Made by a program: the position numbers and the translations under genes. This document shows positions 54,284 to 64,000 of a stretch of 64,000 nucleotides of DNA, one piece after another (the stretch's first letter is position 1; each line of letters begins with the position of its first letter). The DNA comes from the human T2T-CHM13v2.0 reference genome, Homo sapiens. The stretch lies in the NCBI RefSeq assembly GCF_009914755.1, contig NC_060931.1; one strand, 5' to 3'. The notes below the pieces were generated by a model. It worked only from the letters and a program-made list of their open reading frames with translations. It made no database searches and was not told the DNA's origin.

Positions 54284-54861
54284 TGCTTTCCTCACTTCTT
54301 GATGTGTGGCAGAAACTGCAGACAGTCTGGAATTGCCTGAGCATGCAAACAAAGCATGGTGAGTTATGAGCTGGAGAGATAGGCATTTAGCCTAATAATG
54401 TAAGGACTTCTTGTAAGCTGTATGAAGGGAGTGTGAACTTTATCTATGAGTACTATGATCTTCCAACATTTGTCCACACCATCAGTAAAAAATTTAGAGC
54501 ATGATATATATTTAATTATTAATGTACTGACATGCCATACATTTTGTAAATGATGTACAAAAATAGAAATTTTAAAGGAAAAAATGAAAAATAGAAGTTC
54601 AGCTTCCCCTGTATTTCAACAGATTACCTTGCACCCTGCCTTAGGTGACATGCACCACTGTGGGGACCATAGGGGCAGAGAGGAAGGTTGGTCAGCTCTT
54701 TATTCCAGACCTATGATCCCATTAGGCTTCTTGTCTTTAAACCAATAGTATGGATCTGCATTTTTTTTGCTGGGATGGGTCTCTAATGCCTGCTCTTGTG
54801 GAGAGACAGAGTAGAGATTTCAGGTAATCTATTTCCTCTGTTGATGGGCATCTTGCCTAAG

Positions 54862-54863
<2 letters not shown>

Positions 54864-54909
<46 letters not shown>

Positions 54910-54915
54910 ACACAC
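54864..54915. repeat. (CA)n microsatellite
   Basis: ~25 CA units with one interruption. Confidence 0.97.
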
Positions 54916-56404
54916 TTCAAGCAGTTCTTTACCAGGGTTTTTAGGGAAAAAACCTAAATAATACAGATGTAAGAGATGGGATTGAATATCAGGTGCCCCC
55001 TGCACCCAGTAATAAATCAGTCTCTCCCTCACTGGCTTTTTCATTCTCTATACCTTAAGAAGGCATTGATCTCACTACACCTTCTGGGTGGGACAATAGA
55101 ACATTTCTGAGGTCATTGAAAACTATCCTGTTTGTACCTGTCTTCTCTGCTCCATGTTACTCCTTTCTCCCCACTATCTCCAAGTCTTTCATGTCTAGTC
55201 CCCACTCCCAGTGCCCCCATTTTGCTAGACTGCAACTATTCTCTTAGAAGTAAGCAAGTCCCAAAATATCTCTTGGGATACATTTTCACAGTCTCCTGTT
55301 CCATTTGTGAATCCATGCCAGCCATCCTTGCTCACTGCCACTAGGCAGAGGCATGTAGGAAGCCTTTTAACCTCAGGGGGAGCAGAGGAGGGCCGGCAGG
55401 TAACCCTACTCCTATTCTGGTCTTCTTTTTTCTCTGGTTGTATCTTAGAATCTGGCAAAGGAAGCCTCAGACATCTCTCACAACAAGCAGGAATCTCCCA
55501 TCCATAGTGCCACTGGGTCCAGGTAAGAAATTGTCACCTCCACCACCAGCATCACTTTGACCTTACTAACAGTTGTGGGTACTGGTACAAGAGTACAAAT
55601 GGAATACCACGTATCACATATCTAAATGAGCAAAAGTTATAAATAAGCAAACACAACTGCTCAATAAAATATGTCCCATCCTACCACCTTGACAAATACT
55701 TCGTCCTAATGTCAAAATTGAAAAATATGAGTGATTTGTATGTGACTAGAAGTCAGTATGGTCCAAGACTGCACTGTTTGTGTCTTTCTCAGACCCTGGG
55801 TTGCATTGCAATTCCAGCTTTCTTCCATGCTCCTGACATTAAAGTATGCCATGCCCAGTGCTCCTTCCTGATCTGTGACTCACCTGGCTGATGGTGGGGA
55901 AGGTAGTCTCCCAGCTGAGATGGGGAATATAAAAGAAATTGGGATGTGGGAATGTGAGATCTGAGTTGAGCAGCAAAATTTGTGATAACAGCAGAGGACA
56001 TGTGGAGGTGCCCAACAGGAAGCCAGATATGAGTCTAAAGTGCTGACATTTTTATCACATTTAACACCGAACCATCTGATGAAGTTTTAGTTCTAGGGGC
56101 AAATAAGAACAGATGGGAGAATGAGATTGACTGTATTTCTATTGCTCTACCAGTTGTTCCACGTAATAAAAACATCTTTATGTCTCTTTCTGCAAAATAG
56201 AGACAGAGATGTCTTTTGAATAAGCACAAATGGTACATAAATCAATTAACATCTTTATTCAGAGCCTTTTACTCTCATGATTCCAAATTAAGCTCCATAC
56301 TATATTTAAAACTAAAGCACTATGGTTCGTGACCACTGGGAATTAAAAATTTTGTCAGAGACAAGAGAATCAAGACACCTATATATGACAGGGCAGATAA
56401 CACA

Positions 56405-57237
<833 letters not shown>

Positions 57238-57520
57238 ACGTACAGTCCTTATTCTCCACGGAGTAGAGTAACGCCTGACAAGAAGACGCTCAACACAGGC
57301 TTATTGAAGGAATGCCACAAGGCAGAGGTGAAATAAAACTGCACAAAATTCCTTCTGGTGTTTAGTAATGTTATGGTCTATTAAGAAGAAGAGTCAAGGG
57401 AGGGCTACTGATTGTGTGAGTTGTACGGAGTATGTGTAGATTAATTTATCTAGATTAATTTCAGCACACAGGACATGGTTTATTTAACCTGAAAATTCTT
57501 AAACATTTTAACCAGTATTT

Positions 57521-57790
<270 letters not shown>

Positions 57791-58098
57791 TAACCATTTT
57801 AATTGATACTTTAAAATCAGGAATTTTTTTCCACAAAAATCTGGATTTCTGGATTCTCTCACAATAAAAGACCACCAGTGTTGCCACATGGCATGAAAAG
57901 GCCGGATCTGAGGAGCAAACTGTTCCTGGGCTTTCCTTGCCATTGGCCACAGCTCCCCATCCCTGCCCAAGAGGCTTCACATGTTCACCTGCCTGGCCCC
58001 TTGCAGTATGTCAGTATATAATTTCTGGTTGGGTGATAACGTATATTACATATCACATGGTCTATATGTCCACTGCCATCATCACAAACTTTTCTGCC

Positions 58099-59889
58099 TG
58101 TTCTAAGTCCTTTTGTGTCCCACATTGGTGGGTCCTTGGTTTCACTGACTTCAAGAATCAGGCCGCGGACTCTCTCGATGAGTGTTACAGCTCTTAAAGG
58201 CAGCACATCTGGAGTTGTTCCTTCCTCCCATCTGGTTCGTCGTCTTGCTGGCTTCAGGAGCCAAGCTGCAGACCTTTGACATGAGTGTTACAGCTCATAA
58301 ACACAAAACAGACCCAAAAAGCAAGCAACAGTAAGATTCACTGCCAAGGGCAAAAGAACAAAACTTCCACAGCATGGAAAGAGAGCCTAGCAGCCTGCTT
58401 TTATTCCCTTATCTGACCCCACCCACATCCTGCTGATTGGCCCATTTTACAGAGAGCTCATTGGCCCATTTTACAGAGAGCTGATTGGTCCGTTTTGACA
58501 GGGTGCTGATTGGTGCATTTACAAACCTTGAGCTAGACACAGAGTGCTGATTGGTGCATTTACAATCCTGTAGCTAGACACAAAAGTTCTCCAAGTCCCC
58601 ACTAAATTAGCTAGACACAGAGCACTGATTGGTGTGTTTACAAACTGTGAGCTAGACACAGAGTGCTGATTGGTGCATTTACAATCCTCTAGCTAGACAT
58701 AAAAGTTCTCCAAGTCCCGACCAGATTAGCTAGATACAGAGTGCTGACTGGTGCATCCACAAACCCGGAGCTAGACACAGAGTGCTGACTGGTGCATATA
58801 CAATCTTCCAGCTAGACATGAAAGTTCTCCCAGTCCCCACCCAACTCAGGAGCCCAGCTGGCTTCACCTAGTGGATCAGGTGTGGGGGGCTTTGGGTGGA
58901 GCTGCCCACCAGTCCTGTGCCACGTGCCCACACTCCTCAGCCCTTGGGCAGTCGATGGGACCAGGCGCTGGGGAGTAGGGGGCGGCTCCCCTCTAGGGGA
59001 GGCTTGGCCATCCGTGGTGGCGGGGGGGCCCTCGGGCATGGCGGGCTGCAGGTCCAGAGCCCTGCCCCGCAGGGAGGTGGCTGAGGCCCAGCAAGAATTC
59101 GAGCACAGCGCAGGCGGGCGGGCAGTGCTGGGGGACCCAGTGCACCCTCCGCAGCTGCTGGCCCGGGTGCTAAGCCCCTCACTGCCCGGGGCCAGCGGCG
59201 CCAGCCGGCTGCTCAGAGTGCGGGCCCACCGAGCCTGCACCCACCTGGAACTCGCGCTGGCCTGCGAGCACCATGTGCAGCCCTGGTTCCCGCTGGCGCC
59301 TCTCCCTCCACACCAACCAGCAAGCAGAGGGAGCCAGCCCCTGCTTTGCCCAGCCCAGAGAGGGGCTCCCACAGTGCAGCAGCAGGCTGAAGGGCGCCTC
59401 AAGCGCGGCCAGAGTGGATGCGGAGGCTGAGAGCGAGCGAAGGCTGCTAGCACATTGTCACCTCTCACTTTCGCATTGCTACAAAGGAATACCTGACACT
59501 AGGTAACTGATAAAGAAAAGAGGTTTATTTGGCTGACAGTTCTGCAGGCTGTACAAGCATGGCACCAGCATCTGCTAGGCTTCTGGGGAGACCTCAGGGA
59601 ACTTTTGCTCACAGCAGAAGACAAAGGAAAAGCAGGCAGGTCACATGGCCAGAGAGGGAGCAAAGAGTGGGGGCAGGGGTGGGGGGAGAGTCTAGATTCT
59701 TTTAAACAACCAGATCTCATGTGAACTAACTGAGCAAGAACTCACTCATCAACAAGGGGATGGCACTAAGCCATTCATTCGTAAGAGATCTGACCCCATG
59801 ACCCAAATACATCCCACTAGGCCCACCTCCAACATTGGAGGTCACATTTCAACATAATTTTGGAGGGGACAAACATCTAAACCATATTA
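58099..59889 (-). mobile_element. MaLR solo LTR, MSTB-like, split by LTR12
   Basis: tgttctaagtcc|...|cgcattgctacaaaggaatacctga...ccatatta; perfect TSD ctgcc (58094-58098, 59890-59894). Confidence 0.88.
58114..59467 (-). mobile_element. LTR12-family (HERV9/ERV1) solo LTR
   Basis: Minus strand starts tgagaggtgaca and ends ggacaca; TSD cttt (58110-58113, 59468-59471); CCAAT repeat array; GC/CpG-rich U3. Confidence 0.95.
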
Positions 59890-60509
59890 CTGCCCAAAGA
59901 AGAACTCACATTTCCCCCCCTTTCCCAGTGGCCCTTCCCAACCCTTGCTTTCTCCTGTATTCACTATTTCTGCTAGGGAGACGACCTCCCCCACCACTAG
60001 CCAAAGTGAATCAGAGTCAGGGTGGAGCATGGGAAATAGTGTATTTCAATGTCAGGAAGATGGAAGAAAGGTGGCTTTGCAATGCAATCCAAGGTCTGTG
60101 ACATTACGTATCACATGGCACAATATGACAAAGATGTGTACAAGGTCATTAGCTGGGGTTTTGGTTTTAATCTATGACCACAAAAAGAGCTAAACTACAA
60201 ATTAACAGATGCACAAGATTCAGATGTTAAAACCAATAGAAAAATTCCCGTTTGTTGAACAGTCAGTTGAGGATCATCCTACCCCACCGTGTGGTCATTT
60301 GGGAGCATACAACCTATATAACTCCTGTGCCAAATAAAACAGATAATGTCTTACATTATCCTTGGTCACAGAATAATGTAATAGGATTGCTATAAGGTTG
60401 CCTTCAGTGTGTTTAGCAAAGCTCCCAAGCTAGCAGTTCATTGAATTTGATCTGGTCAGTTGGTACAGAGCCCCAGAAACCCAGCCACTTTATGCAATAA
60501 TGAATCATT

Positions 60510-60808
<299 letters not shown>

Positions 60809-61652
60809 TAAATCATTCTTTTTCACTGTGTTTTCTTCTCACTCCCTGAAATGGACCAACAGACATGCTGGGTTCTTACCTGCCCCTCCACTTTCAAACC
60901 TGCTGCTCCATAACTTCCAACATTTCCACTAAATCCACTACCTGTGAGTTCAATTCTGTGAAGCATAAAGTTAATAGATAGAGGATACAGCTTTGCTGGT
61001 AGGAACTAAAGGCACTTCTTACATAGAAAGAAGGTCATCGTAATGGGGGCTCACCAAGTTCTATGAATCATCTGTCTACATATGAAAATTGCCTTGTAAT
61101 ATGGAGCTCTTTTCTGTGGTATCCATTATAATTGACAGACGAGTCTGTTGGCCACAAATTGACCATCTTCTTGTTCAGTGTTTGGGCTGCTTATACATTG
61201 TTTCTTCAGCCATAAAATGGGGATGGTACCAACAGTGGGTGCCTCCCAGAATTGTCATAGAGACTGAGTATGGTTGTACACCAGTGTTAGGTGCACAGTA
61301 AGTCATCAGTACACATTAGCTGGTATTATGTGTAAACTAAGTGCTCAATACACATTTTGTCTTTTAGCTACATTTGCATAAACTGAGACAAGCCAGGGTT
61401 TAGTAGAGTGGGTAATTATGAAAATGAGTTTATGTAGATTTTTGCTACATTCAAAAAGCAAATAGCAGATTTGAGGTTGTTCACATCTTTTCTTACCTTC
61501 CAGATTATAAAGGATCTCACTTATGTAAGAATACACATCGTGCAGGTATGTTTAGGCTAGTGGATCAAAGAAGAGGGAGATAAAAGGTTCACAAAAACAA
61601 TACATATACAAGTTCATAGTGGCCTGTACAACAGTCATATGATGTCTACAAG

Positions 61653-61720
61653 TTAAAACTGCTCACTAATTACTTATAGCTAATTATTAAAACTGCTCAC
61701 TAATTACTTATAGCAAATTA
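61653..61720. repeat. 34-bp tandem duplication
   Basis: ttaaaactgctcactaattacttatagc(t/a)aatta x2, one mismatch. Confidence 0.95.
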
Positions 61721-61850
61721 TAGAGCTTCGGTGCGTGGGTGATTTTATGAAATAAAGATGTCATCTCTTCAATTTAGCATAAAAGTTTCCCCACACCACT
61801 ACCTTTCAGAAAAGGCATAAAATTGCCTCCAGAGAAAAATATGTGTTGTT

Positions 61851-61865
61851 GCTGCCACCCTGTGG
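61851..61865 (-). promoter_or_regulatory. Weaker candidate CTCF site
   Basis: Minus strand CCACAGGGTGGCAGC. Confidence 0.35.
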
Positions 61866-62324
61866 TTTTGTTTTATATTGTAGCCCTCAGATAGTAAATA
61901 AATATTTTATACTGCCACAAGCAATTTGTAAAATATACTGGCAATTTCTAGGTATGGCTTTCTTAGTATTATTAAAAATTCACCAAGTTGCAAAGAGGAC
62001 TATGAATTAATTTATCAGTATCAATTTATTGACTAGGTAGGTCCTGAAATCAGGTAAAAACTCACAAAGATCAAAATCACATCTAAGTCACAGAAGATCT
62101 AAATTACTCCACTGATGCATACATATACATGCTCGTGGCAAATTTTAAAAATTAAAATAGTATCTTATGCTTAAATTTATAGATATCCTAAATAACTTAT
62201 GAGCTACCCATAAAATAGGCCATATACTCCCATTAACAAGACAGAAGTAGAGAAAAAATATGGAATTATAATTTTTCCATGTATGTAATTATATTCTATA
62301 GTCTATCCCTTTGAAAAGTAACAC

Positions 62325-62570
62325 AGAGTAGGGGTTAAGCATAAGGTCTCTAAAACCCTGAAACCTGGGATCCAATATCCCACTTCTATTAGGTGTTAGC
62401 TATGTGACCTCAGGCACGCAATGTAACACCTCTGTATGTTGCTTTCCTTATCCACAAAACATGGATGAGCTCAAAGGAACAAACTTCACAAACTGTTGTG
62501 AAGACTGATTATACCTTTTAGAGCAGTCCTTGGCACTCAGGAAGGGTAACCAATTAATGTTAACACTTAC
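62325..62570 (+). mobile_element. MIR
   Basis: ggttaagcataagg...tgtgacctcaggca...aacacctctgt...tttccttatc. Confidence 0.65.
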
Positions 62571-63099
62571 TCTGTATAACCACAATTATAATGGTATGAG
62601 CCAAATTGGCTTTATTGCTCGAAATCAACCCTTTCCCTACAAACTGTTCCCTTTCTCACCTGTGCTCAGATACTGATTCTCCCAGTTCTTTCAATCTGCC
62701 TCCTTCTGCCAACACATTGATGACTTGGCGGCTGATGAGCCCTGAAGGGTAATTTTCTGCTGGAGTTGGAGGCCCTCAAGTGACTGACCACAGGATGTCA
62801 AAATTGCTCCTAAGTAGGTCTTGCTATATTTCTTCTGTTTTATTCTTTTTGAATATGTTTTGTTGTTGCCGCAGTTATTCTATTCCTGCTGAATTATGCA
62901 GTGGACAGATGGGGAGCAGATCACTTTTTTCTTAGTTCATGAAGTGCCGTCTCCAGCCCTGAAATAGATTTCCACATAAGTACATCACCCAGAGATCCTA
63001 AACTCTGGGCTTGGAATCCTTGCACAATGGAATTCCTCAGTTGTAACCTTCCAAAGGGGGTGAATATATTTCTTGCATAGGAGAGTGAATTCAGTATTT

Positions 63100-63492
63100 T
63101 GTTACCGAAGAGCAGATTTAGGGAGTCACTAGTGCTATTCTCCAGATATTTTATTTTCCTTTCTGGTACATGCTCCTTTGAAGTTAGGTGTGGCCACGTG
63201 ACTTACATGTAATGTGAACAAAAGTGATGTGTCACTTCAGAGTGGAAGCTTTAAGTTTCAGTAAATAATTCACCACTTTCTCCATCCCCTGCCTTGCTGA
63301 TGGTGGAATTATGTCAAGGTCGTGCCTCCATCAGCCTCGGTTCCAGAGTGCTTATAACCCCCTCAACAATGTGCAGAGCCCCCCATAGGCTAAGGTGGAC
63401 ACATAGTTTGAGAAAAAAAAAAAAACCTTTTGTGACAATGCACTGAAATTTTGGAATTGTTTTTTCAGTATCACCTAGCTCATGCCATTACA
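63100..63492 (+). mobile_element. Old MaLR LTR (MLT1J-like)
   Basis: gaagttaggtgtggccacgtgact...gaacaaaagtgatgtgtcacttc...gcctccatcagcct. Confidence 0.55.
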
Positions 63493-63764
63493 GAAAACAG
63501 TTAGCCTCACTGCCATCCCTGGGAGATTCCCTGCAATCCCTGTTCTTGCTCCCAATAAAAGCCCTTTCCCTTAGTCTCCCAACTCACACCAGAGACCCAG
63601 GATATAGTTTCAGGCTGACATTGCAAGACAATATTTAGAAAAGAACAACTCAAAGGCTCTGCAGTCAACCTACCTAGCTAATTTGAGGTTCCACCACTTA
63701 CTAATTAGCCAAATGACTGAGCAACGTATTTAATATGTGTAAAATGGGGGTAACAGTGTTCATC

Positions 63765-64000
63765 TGTTTCAGTTACTATGCCTGTGTAAGAAACCACAAA
63801 ACTTAATGGTGTCAAACAAGCTTTTTTATTATGCTCACAGATTTGTGAATGAAGAACTTGGACAGAGCACACAACAGGGATGGCTCATCTCTCCTTCCCA
63901 TGCATGGGCTCCAGGTAGAAGACTCAAAGATTAGCAGCTGGAACCATCTGGAGCCTCACTCCCTGACACAGCTGGCAGTTGGTGGCTGCTGTTGGCTGTC
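63765..64000 (-). mobile_element. MLT1F/G-like LTR fragment (cut by window edge)
   Basis: cagttactatg...ccacaaaacttaatgg...ttattatgctcacaga...gctggaaccatctggag. Confidence 0.6.

Noticed and set aside
58430-58845. Repeat array resembling CRISPR
   Set aside because: These are the standard LTR12 CCAAT tandem repeats. There are no unique spacers or cas genes, and the DNA is eukaryotic.
58812-59468. 218-aa and 182-aa ORFs as novel genes
   Set aside because: They lie within the GC-rich LTR12 U3, where stop codons are rare; no recognisable protein.

Overview
Primate (most likely human) genomic DNA that is mostly interspersed repeats, with no intact protein-coding gene. It contains two full-length but inactivated + strand L1PA elements (1646-7775, L1PA4/5-like; 26425-32549, L1PA6-like) and a near full-length, internally deleted L1MA. 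There are also about 20 Alus, MaLR/ERV1/ERVL solo LTRs (including an LTR12 nested in an MSTB), DNA-transposon fossils, MIRs and microsatellites. Two structures are not obvious from the ORF track. (1) The second L1PA carries an ~1.8 kb 3' transduction (about 32873-34690) with its own AATAAA and A-tail. The whole 8.3 kb unit is bracketed by an 11/12 target-site duplication and splits the 3' UTR of the host L1MA. (2) A heavily decayed, intronless HSP70 (HSPA8-like) retrocopy lies at 20696-22365, broken up by three Alus and cut off by the L1MA. Repeat subfamily names come from recalled consensus features rather than a database search, and the boundaries of old elements are approximate.
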